From positions 768,001-832,000 of the forward strand of contig CP000066.1 in assembly GCA_000002445.1 (NCBI GenBank): a stretch of 64,000 nucleotides of DNA, given 5' to 3'. A program made the translations under genes and the position numbers. The stretch comes from Trypanosoma brucei. Its lineage: Eukaryota. Under the pieces are notes generated by a model. The model was not told the DNA's origin. It saw nothing but the letters and a program-made list of their open reading frames with translations, and did no database searches. This document shows positions 32,708-44,098 of this stretch, one piece after another; the first letter of the stretch is position 1; every line of letters begins with the position of its first letter.

Positions 32708-34009
32708 TTACACTGCAGCGTCAAACTCCCCCTCCCATTGCGTAGAATAAAATAGCTGCCGTCTAAAGTAAAAGGCCTCCTTTTTATCTAACTTGCTCAA
32801 GTAAGAGTGCGTAAAAGTCCGCACGTCCTTCACCTCCATGGCAAAGTGAGTGCTCAAAACAAGATTCTTTGATATCGCAATTACGTCGGGATGTGGCTCC
32901 CGCCCGGCGTGCTTCGCTGCTGTGACCACGTCATTGATTTTGTGAAGGAACTTGTAAATCACCAAAATCCGTGAGAAACCATTAGTCAGGACCGTCATGC
33001 TATTCATCTTCATGGAAAGCAACTTGTACACTGCTGACAACGCACTAGTGAGTGAACGAAGCAGTGGGTAACTGGCTGGTTGTGGATCTGAGTAGTATTT
33101 ACCTACAAGAGTGCATACATCAGTTGGAGTGTTAAGCTCATCTACAAGTTCAACACCAGTTTGCTCAAGTGAGACATTGGTTACGACCACCAAAAGAGCA
33201 GATACAACATCGTCATCTGACGAATCAAATCCATTTTCCACGTATCCGTGCAAAAGCGACGAGACAGCATGAACCGCCCTTCCTTCCATCGCTGCGAAAA
33301 TACCTTCTGTTTGTGTGGTCAGCTGCCCCAAGCATGTCACCGCATGCAGAAACATCTTGCGATTGGTTGCGGAATCGTTTTCCAGAATAAACACAAGGGC
33401 TGCTATCACATCTTTCTTCCCAAAAACACATTTAGAAGAACTCGGAATCGGGTCCATCAGCTCGAAACCTGGAGGCACCTCCGCCCCCAATAACCATCGC
33501 ACACCAGCAGCATTGAAGCTAATCTGATAAAGTACCTGCGCTGCAGCCGCCCGAGCCTCCGCACGCTCAGCTAAATTTCTGCGGTCTTGAATAGAACGAA
33601 TTGCAGCCTCTAATCCACCTTCTTCCATGACTACGTGGCATCCCTGTGAAATTATGCACAGGGAGCGCAGCAGCGCGAACACCTGGCATTCAAACTCAGC
33701 ACATGGCGTAGTGATGAGCGCGGCCACAACAGCTGGAACGACATTCATCCTCAACAGCTTGATTTTCGCCTCCTGCGAGGCGGAGTGAGCAATCAACAGT
33801 CGGACTGCACGCCGACGCTGCAGGGAGCCCACCGCAGGGTCACTGAGACTGGCAATCCAATCCCCAGCGGTGTGGGGTTGTAATCCATTGTAAACGAGTC
33901 CAATGTCACGGTTGGGACGGCCGGCAAAACCCTTCTCCACGTCGTATGGGTGACGCTCCTGAAGACAATCACTGACATAATGTCGCACTGTGCGGGCGGC
34001 CTCCGCCAT
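32708..34009 (-). CDS. Conserved hypothetical protein, ARM/HEAT-like helical repeats
   Basis: 433 aa with a true ATG at 34009. Helical repeat character. No specific motif recognised. Confidence 0.5.
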   Translation of the reverse strand: MAEAARTVRHYVSDCLQERHPYDVEKGFAGRPNRDIGLVYNGLQPHTAGDWIASLSDPAVGSLQRRRAVRLLIAHSASQEAKIKLLRMNVVPAVVAALITTPCAEFECQVFALLRSLCIISQGCHVVMEEGGLEAAIRSIQDRRNLAERAEARAAAAQVLYQISFNAAGVRWLLGAEVPPGFELMDPIPSSSKCVFGKKDVIAALVFILENDSATNRKMFLHAVTCLGQLTTQTEGIFAAMEGRAVHAVSSLLHGYVENGFDSSDDDVVSALLVVVTNVSLEQTGVELVDELNTPTDVCTLVGKYYSDPQPASYPLLRSLTSALSAVYKLLSMKMNSMTVLTNGFSRILVIYKFLHKINDVVTAAKHAGREPHPDVIAISKNLVLSTHFAMEVKDVRTFTHSYLSKLDKKEAFYFRRQLFYSTQWEGEFDAAV

Positions 34010-35273
34010 GGTTTGGATATAGCCTAATTCGTGCTAGCAGTGGAACGTATCTCGTGCGCCTCTATTAGACTAAAACCACGGATCAGGAAGGGTCGAAACT
34101 TGGAGGACACGCACACAAACGATGTGAACCGCAGAGAAAAATATTCCTCTTTGGGGTGATGTAGGTGTTTAATAAATAAGAAGAAGGAAAATAGAGTTCA
34201 TGTGTGTAGCAAGGAAAGGAGAAGAGAGTGAAGATGGCGGCGGCAAGTGATGAAAAAAACCACACAACCAATAAAGGGGGGAGGTGAATGAACACAGCAG
34301 CCAGCAAAAGTAATTAAGTATATAACGTGGAGTTAAATGCATTCAAGCGATACGTAAAGGTAAGCACCGCATCGTGGCGGGGGAAAACAAAAAGCGGCTT
34401 CACCCATCACTCCGCAACATGGCACAGCTTCCCACACATACACATAAATACAAACATAAACACACACACGCGCGCACGCGCACAGCCCCTTTCCCCCTTG
34501 CCCATGTCCATTTCCCCTTGACATTCCAGTAACTGGATTGTCAAGTCTTCTCTCCTCTTTCCCTCTCATCCGTCTCACCCTTCTCCTCTCTCCTCCTCTG
34601 CCTTTAGCGTTCCTATTATCATTATTATCATTATCATTATTCCTAAACACCCTTTCATACACACACACACACGGACCCACCACCCTTCGCGTTTTCGTTT
34701 TATTTCTGGTATTTTATTATATCACATCACTAATCTAAACACTAAGCTATCTTTTTCCTTCTCTTATGTTCATTTTCAACTCTTTTGAAACCGAAAAATA
34801 AGCCCCTGCACGCTATGTTTGTTCGACCGCACAAATAAAAGGGAGCAAAATGAAAATCACTTAAGGGAAAGAGCCAGTGTGCAGCAGAGCGAGTGGCACA
34901 GCGATTTCATCCCCGCAGCTGTCAGCACGGCGTGCCATGAGAATTATTTATAACGACGGCGGGGAAAACAACTATTATTATTAGTATGGGCAACCCTTAC
35001 ATAGACATAGTGCCAAAACTGGTGACATTGGCTGCGGTGGCCGCGTGTTGTTGGCAGTGAATGAACAAGAGGGGAATAAATAAGAATAACAACGCGGAAG
35101 AAGGGAAACCTTCCCTTAAATACCATAAAAACAGAAAACCTTGAAGGGCACAAAAAAAAAAAAAAAAGAAACAAACAACGCACCTCACTCCCTCACTCCA
35201 CCCCACCCCACCCCTCAGGGACGCACACATAAACACACTACATCCACTGGCGCCGACAACTAAAGCGACGCTA

Positions 35274-38200
35274 TCATTCGATTGGTGAAAAGAACCCCAT
35301 TCCCAGAGGTTCACGCTCCATGAAGCTACCGAAGTCAATGATGTGCGAACTGAGAGCTGTGACAACGTACATGACAAGATCCTCTGGGCACAGAACCCGC
35401 TCTTCGTCAAGGGACAGCAATTCCGTCACGGCAGGTGTGAGGAGCCCATCGTAAAGCCAACATCGCACCGGTCGTATTTCAACCGCAGCGTCCTCTGTGA
35501 TTACCACAGAAAGAAGAGAATTGTCCTTCACCTCCGCATCGCAGCCAACCAACGTTGAAACAACGTTGAGTCGGAGTGGCTGGCAATGTGCCAAAACAAC
35601 GCGGTCAATATTGTCCACGGTGTTGATTACATCCTGATAGGGAAGTGTCGATCCGTTGCGAAATGTAATTGCGTGTGGTGTTAAGGGGTCATGATCACCC
35701 GTCACAAAGTACAAGAAGAGGCGTTTCACATCTAAGGCAGCAACCTCCTGCAGCAGGTCCCCTGCTTTAGACGGGTCCCCATAGTTTACCAGGTAAACAT
35801 CAAAACCATATCGGTTTACGAGGACCTCCTGGAGCATCAGGAGCTCACATAGCACAGTCCCCTCATTAGAATTTGCTTCGCAAAAAATAAGCGCCACACT
35901 TCGCCCGGCCCACTCCTTCACAACGTCGGAAGGGACCTCTGCCTTCGCCGCTTTCCCCTCTGTTAAGGACCTAAGCAGTTCATCACTCCTCATCTCGTTA
36001 CCAGGCGCCTCGGCCTCAGTTCCGGTGCAAATAACAAGGTTACGAACAGACCGTCCAAAAGCATCACCGTCGTGGCACTGCAGTCGCAACTTTGAACGAA
36101 CTGCAGCCGCTTGCTGATCGCTTCCCTTGAATGCCACCAACTGACGGGCAAACTTTTCCTTCAGGCGGTTTACTTGCGACTTCAGTCCTGAATTTCTCTT
36201 CACGTCGTTGTTTGCCTGCAAATGAAGGATGAGTTTGCTGATATTTTGGATGTCGGCAAGAGTGGTATTTTCGATGAAATGCTGCTCCTCCTTGAGAAGT
36301 CTCTCCTCCAAACGCGGAAGAAGAGTCAATTCAGCTTTTTTTCCACCCGGGACGACGTTCTTTTGGAGCTTCTCCAGGCACGATGTTAATTTACCCTTGC
36401 TGTGCTTCTTCGGCTTGGTTTGCTTCAGTGCACGGTCCGACAATGCCGCCGTGCACCCTCCATCAGGTCCCTGCGCCGACGTGGGGGATGCTGAATTTTC
36501 CGAGCTTTCAGCAACTTCTGACACGTCCTCGATCTTGGAAAGTGTGCTAGCCGCTGACGCTGCTGCTCTCTGGCATCCTTTGTTGCTTGTATCCAATTCA
36601 CTATCTCTCGAAATATCCCCCGCAACTTCCGATGTGTTTCCGTTATCGTCCTCCTCGTCCTCCAATGATGATTCCTCTGCATTATTTCTGTTAACAACAC
36701 GCTGCAACTCCAACTGTTGTCGCACAGATTCAACGGCGTGCCTGAAAGATTCGGTAAAGCCCCGACCATCCAAGCAGTCCAGCATTGCCGATAATTCGTC
36801 CAATCTTTCATCCGAGACGGAACCCTCACGCAGGCGATTTGATATGTCAAGCAACAGAAGAGTCACAGACTCTTCAGCATCACCTTCGGCGAAGTCACCA
36901 TTACTAGTGTCTTCCTGCGCCTGCATACCAGGCTCTCGCGCACCTCGCGGTCCCCCTGAAGCGGGTATGGACTGAGCAGCATCTACAACAGAATTTTCGA
37001 GCTCCTTAAATCCTAGAAGCAAATTGATTGGAAGTCGATCTCCCTCCTCGCCAGCTTCTCTTAGTAAACTGAGATACGGTCTCAGTTCCTCTTCATTTTG
37101 CGGTGGGTTCTCGTGGATACGGCAAGTTGCCTCATCAAGCATGTCTTGCAGGTATGACATGCGAGCCACCACATCGGCGTCCTGCACTTGCCCATGTCTC
37201 GGTGAACCCTGGTTGAGGTTGGCACGCTCTCTTGTTGACCTCAGTGCTTCCCGGACCCTCTCATCTGCGCCCACTCGAGCCGGGGGAGTCCCCTTCAGCA
37301 GTGTAGCCGGCAGAGCTCTTACATCCTCCACATCATTACTGGTTGAAACGGCGGCGTTCGCTCTATTCATTGCTTCCCCCAGTTGGGCCTCAAACTCGTC
37401 ACGGAGACTCCTTTCCTCATTAGAAGATATCCCAACAGAGTAAACCATAGCCAAGAGACCTTGCAGGGGTTCAAGTTCCTCCATTGAGACAGTGAATTTC
37501 TCCATGTTGCTTCGCCGCAGTCTGTCAGCAATGTCGGCAACGGACCTGAACAACTTCAAACGCTCCGAAAGCATCGCATTAAGATTTCCCTCCTCTGCAC
37601 TAGGGACAGCATCGGCACTCTCTTCATTATCGTCATCTCCAGAACCGTCGTCAGCATTAGCAACACGAGAAACGGCGGGTGTACTGGCGCCCCCAGCCCC
37701 ACTCTCCTCGTGTGCTTCGTCTCCCGTATACGCAGCCACATTTTGCAGCTGTGTGTGCATCTCCTGAACGATAGGAAGAAGAGGGGTTGCTATTTCACCC
37801 AAAGAGAGGCACTGCTCTCGTATCTCTCCGATACTCACTACGAGTCTTGACACAATAAGGCGTCTTTGTCTCGCTGAAGCATTCCGAAACTCTTCGGATT
37901 CTAGAACGTTTCGTATCTCCTCCATCCTTGAAATGAGTTCAAGCGGATTCACAGAAGCTGAAACAGACACATCTCGAGTCGAATCCGGTGCGGTTGAGGC
38001 GGCTTCGAGAGCTTCACTAATGGGAGCAATGAGAACGTGCATCATCTCCGCCTCAGTGGGTTCCATATGTGGCAAGGATGACATAACATTTTGAAGTTGG
38101 GGTAAGAGACAAAGAGCAAAGCTCTTCCTCTTCCCCGCATCAGCTGATTTAAAGGCACTGGAGTCCAACAGCGACTGAATCTCCTCAACGCAGGCTGAAC

Positions 38201-40202
38201 TGGCAAGAAACAGCTGGCTACGCGTCTCACCATTCGAGCCCTGCCGGGCCCTCTGCTGAAGGATACCTTTTATGTGCGCAATAATTCCCATGAGCTGCTG
38301 CTGTCCGCCACATGCTCGGCACTTCTGCTCAATTAGCTGAAGCTGATTGAGGTTCTGCCGCGCTGCTTCTCCCTGCTCATCTGGTGGCAGTGCGTCGAAG
38401 GCACCGGAATTGATGTACTCAAAAACCTTTTCCAGCAATACCACCGCCTCGTCCGCGAGATCCGCCTCCTCCGAAGTGGCAAGACCGTTCGTCGTTGATC
38501 CAGGGGAACGCGCTGCACCACCGCTTGCGGGGCCAAGCTCCCCACTTCCACGTCCCATACTTGCGCGCTGACTCCACCTCTGGTTACTGGAAGTTTCATC
38601 TGGGGTTTCATCACCATCATCGGACCCATCAGCGACGGACCCGATCAGGCCCTGTGCCGTCTCAATCATCGTCATTATCTGCAAGTTTGTCTCGTCTCGC
38701 GGGGCACGCTCCATTCTTTGGTGAAGCCCTCTCAGTTTTCTGCCAAGTTTGCCGATCGTCTGCTGCTGTACCTCAACCGGTGCGTCCATCAACTCATCCG
38801 AGTGAAGTACCTGAATGATTGCCTGCAAATTTGCAACGACATGTGTCACGGGTATATCATCACCTCTCTCTCCCCGATAACCATCCACATTATCGGCTTC
38901 ACCCTCATTGTGTGGGGCACCTGTGCCTCCTCCGCCATGGGAAGAAAGCTCTTCGCGAGTCAGCGCTTCCATCTGTTCAAATACAGATGATACCCTGTTT
39001 GCAACACTGTTGATAATCGCAGTCGCCTCAGAATCATCCCATGTAGCGGCCTCCTGCAGAATACCGCCCAAGGTCGTTTTTATGCTCATCAACTTATCCA
39101 AACGACGCCGCGCATCTGGCTCCCCCAACACTGAAGACTTTAGCTCCGTGAACAAAGAGCGGAGTTGATTCAGTACGAGATCAAAGTTGGCTGGCCTCAG
39201 ACCACGGCGTACTCCTCCCAGAGTTGGAACACCCCCATGCGTACCATCGGCAGTAGCAGCTGCAGATTGCGATCCCCTCCGCTGTAGCCGCTGGATTACG
39301 GCTTCACACTTATTCAGTAGTGGCTCCCCGTATTCGGCGGGGAGGCGGCGTGCGACCGCAGCCACTCTGCTTATCTGCACACCTACTTGGTTTTGAAGCT
39401 CCTGCATCACCGGAGCAGATTCCACGTCAGCCGTCGTTCCGTCCAGGACGCGGACGAAATCATCGACCATATCATGCAAAGACTTCAACTGTTTCTCCAA
39501 GGCTGGGGACGGAGCAGGAAGAGTAGCGCCCTCGCCTTGATTGGGCGAACATGTAAACGTGGCTTGCAAACCACTGATGAGGGGTGCAACCTTTGCCTGC
39601 AACGCCGCCGGCAGTTGTTCCTTCTCTTGACACAGGGCGGCAAGTCTTCGTGCGCACGCCTGCCGTACACCCGTCTGCCATTCCGGTCGTGCGTTCCGAA
39701 AGTCCTGTGATTCGAGCAGCGCGCGAATCTCATCCACCTCCTGCACGATATTAATGAAGCGGTTTTCCGCATCATCTCCCGTGGGAAGTATATCCTCTGC
39801 CTTCTGTGGGGCCACTTGTTGACTGGCTTGGTGCACGGGCCGCTGTGAAGGGTGGGCAGATCGCAACTTGCGCAAGCCCTCGCGAATGCGGACTGCATCA
39901 CCCACCTTTGGCGCTAACGCGGGGAGGTCGGTCTCTCCTAACAAGAAGAGGACTGAACCATCCACATTGTTCTCCTCAAAATTCTTCATCGTCGGAGGCG
40001 AAACGCCGAGTGAATTCAACCAATCGAGCACCTCCTCCGCGCACCACTCCTCAACAGGAGTAGAGGCAGCTGTGTGGGGTTTCCGTCCCTGGCGCCGTCC
40101 CTCTTGACGAGACAAGAACAGATAAACGGAGCTCGGGACGGCCACCGCCGCAGCTGCCGCACAGAGGGCAGTAAACCAACCATTTCCCGTCGCCGAAGGC
40201 AT
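35274..40202 (-). CDS. Large N-terminally membrane-anchored SAM-domain protein with an extended helical region and a C-terminal alpha/beta (caspase-like?) domain
   Basis: First ATG at 40202 (MPSATGNGWFTALCAAAAAVAVPSSVYLFL is a hydrophobic signal anchor). A SAM domain follows (EEWCAEEVLDWLNSLGVSPPTMKNFEENNVDGSVLFLLGETDL). About 1300 aa of acidic alpha-helical sequence with repeated ESxEFRNA-like segments come next. The C-terminal roughly 230 aa has the pattern ALIFCEAN...LFLYFVTGDHD...RVVLAHCQP. Confidence 0.6.
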   Translation of the reverse strand: MPSATGNGWFTALCAAAAAVAVPSSVYLFLSRQEGRRQGRKPHTAASTPVEEWCAEEVLDWLNSLGVSPPTMKNFEENNVDGSVLFLLGETDLPALAPKVGDAVRIREGLRKLRSAHPSQRPVHQASQQVAPQKAEDILPTGDDAENRFINIVQEVDEIRALLESQDFRNARPEWQTGVRQACARRLAALCQEKEQLPAALQAKVAPLISGLQATFTCSPNQGEGATLPAPSPALEKQLKSLHDMVDDFVRVLDGTTADVESAPVMQELQNQVGVQISRVAAVARRLPAEYGEPLLNKCEAVIQRLQRRGSQSAAATADGTHGGVPTLGGVRRGLRPANFDLVLNQLRSLFTELKSSVLGEPDARRRLDKLMSIKTTLGGILQEAATWDDSEATAIINSVANRVSSVFEQMEALTREELSSHGGGGTGAPHNEGEADNVDGYRGERGDDIPVTHVVANLQAIIQVLHSDELMDAPVEVQQQTIGKLGRKLRGLHQRMERAPRDETNLQIMTMIETAQGLIGSVADGSDDGDETPDETSSNQRWSQRASMGRGSGELGPASGGAARSPGSTTNGLATSEEADLADEAVVLLEKVFEYINSGAFDALPPDEQGEAARQNLNQLQLIEQKCRACGGQQQLMGIIAHIKGILQQRARQGSNGETRSQLFLASSACVEEIQSLLDSSAFKSADAGKRKSFALCLLPQLQNVMSSLPHMEPTEAEMMHVLIAPISEALEAASTAPDSTRDVSVSASVNPLELISRMEEIRNVLESEEFRNASARQRRLIVSRLVVSIGEIREQCLSLGEIATPLLPIVQEMHTQLQNVAAYTGDEAHEESGAGGASTPAVSRVANADDGSGDDDNEESADAVPSAEEGNLNAMLSERLKLFRSVADIADRLRRSNMEKFTVSMEELEPLQGLLAMVYSVGISSNEERSLRDEFEAQLGEAMNRANAAVSTSNDVEDVRALPATLLKGTPPARVGADERVREALRSTRERANLNQGSPRHGQVQDADVVARMSYLQDMLDEATCRIHENPPQNEEELRPYLSLLREAGEEGDRLPINLLLGFKELENSVVDAAQSIPASGGPRGAREPGMQAQEDTSNGDFAEGDAEESVTLLLLDISNRLREGSVSDERLDELSAMLDCLDGRGFTESFRHAVESVRQQLELQRVVNRNNAEESSLEDEEDDNGNTSEVAGDISRDSELDTSNKGCQRAAASAASTLSKIEDVSEVAESSENSASPTSAQGPDGGCTAALSDRALKQTKPKKHSKGKLTSCLEKLQKNVVPGGKKAELTLLPRLEERLLKEEQHFIENTTLADIQNISKLILHLQANNDVKRNSGLKSQVNRLKEKFARQLVAFKGSDQQAAAVRSKLRLQCHDGDAFGRSVRNLVICTGTEAEAPGNEMRSDELLRSLTEGKAAKAEVPSDVVKEWAGRSVALIFCEANSNEGTVLCELLMLQEVLVNRYGFDVYLVNYGDPSKAGDLLQEVAALDVKRLFLYFVTGDHDPLTPHAITFRNGSTLPYQDVINTVDNIDRVVLAHCQPLRLNVVSTLVGCDAEVKDNSLLSVVITEDAAVEIRPVRCWLYDGLLTPAVTELLSLDEERVLCPEDLVMYVVTALSSHIIDFGSFMEREPLGMGFFSPIE

Positions 40203-41069
40203 TTCCAACAAAAAAAAGGGAAAAACAACAATGATATGTGTTCACCTCGTTTCGTGGACAGCTTCTGATACCAGCTGGCAAATCAGTATCTTCTCGTTCC
40301 TTTATTCCCTTTATATCTTTTGACAGTTTTCTTGTTCCTCTATTTTTTTTCTTTTTTAAAAAACAAAATCTGTTTTTCCCCTTTCCCTAGACCTTGACTG
40401 TACCAGCAGAAAGACAAGAAAAGTCCTCGTGCACACGGTGATGAGGTTCGGATAATATACGCGCGCACACACATACACACACACACACACACCTATATAT
40501 ATATATATTACAGGAACACAGTCCGCGCAACAAATTGCTTTTCAAGAGGGAAGAAAAATAAAGCTCCAAGTACCAAAGGCGACAACAGGAACCTTCCCGA
40601 TAACCTTCCACCAACCTCATAATGGAACAATAGCGGCAGTAATAACAACAGCAATGGCGGTGACCACAACAACAACGAAGAAGGAGACAATCATTTAACA
40701 TTAACCACCAAGTCAACTTTACCTCAGTAACATGTCACCAACCGTAACATCGATACGATAGCCCCGACATCTGCGCATATACAGCGCAACGGGAGTCTAA
40801 CGTTTGAGAAAAAAAGGGGCACAAAGCGTAACCACACGCAATTATCCGCACGACCATAATTTATAGCAGTGGGAAGTAACACAACAGCAGCAATGATACC
40901 ATTGGTACCACACACACACACGCGCCAAGATACCCTTCTCTCGCACTTGCACAAGCCCTTTTCCGTCTTCCCCCTGTTCCCCATTTACACTATTCCGCCT
41001 TTCGCTGTGGTATATGGAATGGCCAATGAAACCACAACCTTTAAAAAAAAAAAAAACAATCCGGTCTCA

Positions 41070-41465
41070 TCACCTCTCAACTCTGCGGTTTGGAATCAAA
41101 CTCACCGACTTTTCTGCGTCAGCCACAGGCACGGCAGTATTTTGGTTACTATCCGTACCATCCCCAAAAAGTTTCTCATAGTAATAGCCACCGGGCAGTG
41201 CGCTGTAACTCTCCGGCAAATGGTGCCGTTGGTGCTCTGACATTAATCCTGTGATGTACACATAAGCTGCCGCTACAAGAAACCAAAATAGCAGCAGAAG
41301 CCCGCAAAAGGTAAGAAATGATGTGGTGAGACGACACGCGGGTCCTACTGCAGTTTGTGTGCACGTAGCAATGGGGCAAAAGCACTGGTAAAGGCGCATG
41401 TCATCGCCCATGAAACAACTCTCGGAGTCTGTGAAAAAGTGGTTCGTGCGACCCCCGTGGCACAT
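41070..41465 (-). CDS. Possible small single-pass membrane protein
   Basis: 131-aa ORF with a true ATG at 41465 in a 1.5 kb gap between two genes. One strong hydrophobic helix (FLTFCGLLLLFWFLVAAAYVYITGL). No homology recognised. It could be a chance ORF. Confidence 0.2.
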   Translation of the reverse strand: MCHGGRTNHFFTDSESCFMGDDMRLYQCFCPIATCTQTAVGPACRLTTSFLTFCGLLLLFWFLVAAAYVYITGLMSEHQRHHLPESYSALPGGYYYEKLFGDGTDSNQNTAVPVADAEKSVSLIPNRRVER

Positions 41466-41740
41466 GGTGATACACGTATGTGAACTGTATTAACTTCGCT
41501 CCTGTCAGGCAGGGAAGAAAAACCTTGCTGTTCTACAGTCTCCTGTTCGTTCCTTCTTGAAAAAAATATATGTATCAGGGGAAAGACGGGGCCAAAAAAG
41601 TGGTGTTGATTCATTGTTAACGAGGAAATGGATATGACCAATAATACGCAACCAAACGCCCTCCAGGTGTGCATCGCTTACCAACAACATATGAAAAGCT
41701 GCAAGGTTGGTGAAGAAGGACATATATGAATGCACTTGCG

Positions 41741-44098
41741 CTACCAACTGCCAAACGGACCAGTTGGTTGCAACTTCTGCTGTAACTCACGCAGCTTTGA
41801 CTGCTTCTCCAAGACAGCAACCTGCGCCTCCGCCACCTGCCGCCTTTTAACCTCCAGAGCTTCTTTTGCTGCAGCCCACTTCGCCTGCCGTTGGGCCGCA
41901 AGCGCCAACTTTTCCTTCACAGCCTTCACCTCCTTATGCACGGCCAGTAGTTCTAAGAGATCTTTGTGAGTTGGCTGCATAGCTAGCCACTTCCTTCGCT
42001 TCAGCAACTCCTCACCCCGCCTTCGCGCAAACTGGATCTCTTCCCGAAGCTCTTCCTTGTGTTCGCTTGCCACTATGTCCAAAACATCCCCGAACCCATT
42101 TTCATCAGATTCGACGCTAATTTCCAGCGGCTCTTCAGATTGATGTGTCTCCTCAGACACCGTCAGTCTTCGCTGCTGTTCCACCGCATCATGGAGAACC
42201 CGCCGCAGCCCCTCTGCAGCACCCCCGTACGCCAGCTGATCCGTGTTTTCGGCAACCTGAATGAAGAAGCGACGTACCTCCAGCAGCCGCTGCACGTTCT
42301 GCTGATTTCGCATCATTAGTTCATCCAGTGCCTTGGAAGATGCCTCTGAAAACTGATGTATGCATGCGCGGGAAGACTCTTCCATCTCATCTAGCAACCC
42401 TTCAACACCATCTTCACTACCTTGAAACACTCTCTCAGCGCAGAGGGCAAATGCCTCATCATCACCGTCAAGCATCACTACTTGTCTGATATGCTCCACG
42501 ATCCTCGCCCTTTGTTGCAGCACTCGGTTCAACGAAGTGAGGGATTGTAATAATAGCCCCTGTATTTCACTATAGCACCGGTAGAACAGCATTTGTAAAT
42601 TCACAACAGGAGAATCGTTATCTACCGTAGCATCGCGCAGTGTCCGACAAAGAGCCGCGGCGCTGGAGTTCTGCTTCAACAGCTTTTGCGAAAGCAAATT
42701 TAACCACTTCACCTTCTCTGAGGAGGCTCCATTCTTCATACAGTCCTCATCGGTGCATGAGCTTTCTTGAGGTTCACCAGCGTTTGACACCAACGTACTT
42801 GCGTCCAGGTTGAATAACTTTCTCAGTCGAAGCACTTCCAACCCCAATTCCTCGGCCTCAGACTCTAACTCCTCGCAGAGAGTTGTCACGGACATCGCAA
42901 AAACACTGGGGGCATTTTGATGTGACAGCGACACAACATGCGGTAATGCCTGGAGATGACTCAGCGTAGCATCCAAGTGGTGCAGTGTGGTATTCATCTG
43001 CCTGATGTCCACTTCGGCGGAGAAGACCTCCGGGGGTAATAAATTATTCGCATTAAAGGAAAGAGAAGAATTACCGCTAAAAGCCCTGCTGCGAGTGCGA
43101 AAATACCACTCCAGTGAGTCATGCACTAGTTCTTGCAAAGACGAAACGATAGCCATCACACGCGTGCTTAGCAGTTCCACACTGCCATAAACGCTCTCAC
43201 AGTTCTGTAATTGAAGAAACAACTCAGATATCAGAGCCTGTATGAGTAAGACCGAGGAACCAAGTGGTCCCTCACTGTCCAACTTGGAGGCAGCAGCTCT
43301 GCAAGCTTCAATGTACCGGCGCTCGCCCTGAAGATCAAAAGAAGGAAGCCGTGGCAATTCACCGAGTACGCCGACTATCCGGGACCGGATTTCCTCCGCA
43401 GTGTCAGTGGTTTCCATTAATTCCCTAATTCGCGGTGCTGAGCTCTGAAGGATATCTGAAGCTAACCGCTGAAGGGTATTGCATTCTTGTTCAACCATCT
43501 GCATCAGTTCCACCATGGCGTCGTCACCGTTTATTACGTCACTACCACTATAATAATTTGCGTCTGCGGAATCCTTCGCCCTGCGACACAACTCCATCTC
43601 TTGACGAACACGCAAAACAGTGGCCCTCAAAAGCTCTACGGACTCCTGCATGCTTTCATTGTCTTTTGTCTTTGCTGAAAGCTCGGCGGCGTATTCTTCG
43701 TCCCTCCTGCTTATCTCAGATTCCAGGCCAGCCGATTTGACAACTAATGCATTGTATTCATCTTCTTCCAAACCAGTGTCATACTCCGCGAGAAGCGTCG
43801 CCGTGGGAACGACTTCTACCGGCACACCACCGCCCGTGTTGGCCTCGTGCACAGCCGAGCCTGGTGTAGCTGGAGAATGGGATGAGGTGCTTGAAGGGCC
43901 GCCAAAGTGCTCATGATCATGCTTTTGCTTCTCCCACCGTTCCTGTTGGATTGCAAACAACGAAGGGTTCGCTGACGTGCCAGTTCCCACAGCATCACTA
44001 TCATCGCCCTCCCGCGCTCTCTTCCTTGTGGTGGACAACTGGGAGGCAGTTGGTTCCCCATCATCTTCAGCAAACGGATTATCTTCAAATGCTGACAT
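41741..44098 (-). CDS. Coiled-coil protein, hypothetical
   Basis: First ATG at 44098 (MSAFEDNPF; the track start 44125 is GTG). An acidic N-terminus is followed by long heptad-rich helices. The C-terminus has a Lys/Glu-rich coiled coil (KEKLALAAQRQAKWAAAKEALEVKRRQVAEAQVAVLEKQSKLRELQQKLQ). Confidence 0.6.
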   Translation of the reverse strand: MSAFEDNPFAEDDGEPTASQLSTTRKRAREGDDSDAVGTGTSANPSLFAIQQERWEKQKHDHEHFGGPSSTSSHSPATPGSAVHEANTGGGVPVEVVPTATLLAEYDTGLEEDEYNALVVKSAGLESEISRRDEEYAAELSAKTKDNESMQESVELLRATVLRVRQEMELCRRAKDSADANYYSGSDVINGDDAMVELMQMVEQECNTLQRLASDILQSSAPRIRELMETTDTAEEIRSRIVGVLGELPRLPSFDLQGERRYIEACRAAASKLDSEGPLGSSVLLIQALISELFLQLQNCESVYGSVELLSTRVMAIVSSLQELVHDSLEWYFRTRSRAFSGNSSLSFNANNLLPPEVFSAEVDIRQMNTTLHHLDATLSHLQALPHVVSLSHQNAPSVFAMSVTTLCEELESEAEELGLEVLRLRKLFNLDASTLVSNAGEPQESSCTDEDCMKNGASSEKVKWLNLLSQKLLKQNSSAAALCRTLRDATVDNDSPVVNLQMLFYRCYSEIQGLLLQSLTSLNRVLQQRARIVEHIRQVVMLDGDDEAFALCAERVFQGSEDGVEGLLDEMEESSRACIHQFSEASSKALDELMMRNQQNVQRLLEVRRFFIQVAENTDQLAYGGAAEGLRRVLHDAVEQQRRLTVSEETHQSEEPLEISVESDENGFGDVLDIVASEHKEELREEIQFARRRGEELLKRRKWLAMQPTHKDLLELLAVHKEVKAVKEKLALAAQRQAKWAAAKEALEVKRRQVAEAQVAVLEKQSKLRELQQKLQPTGPFGSW

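Noticed and set aside
36229-36975. Antisense plus-strand ORFs inside large minus-strand genes (36229..36975, 2405..2836, 46101..46613, 48160..48513 and others).
   Set aside because: They have no domain content. They lie opposite well-supported coding sequence in a strictly unidirectional gene array. Their codon composition mirrors the sense strand.
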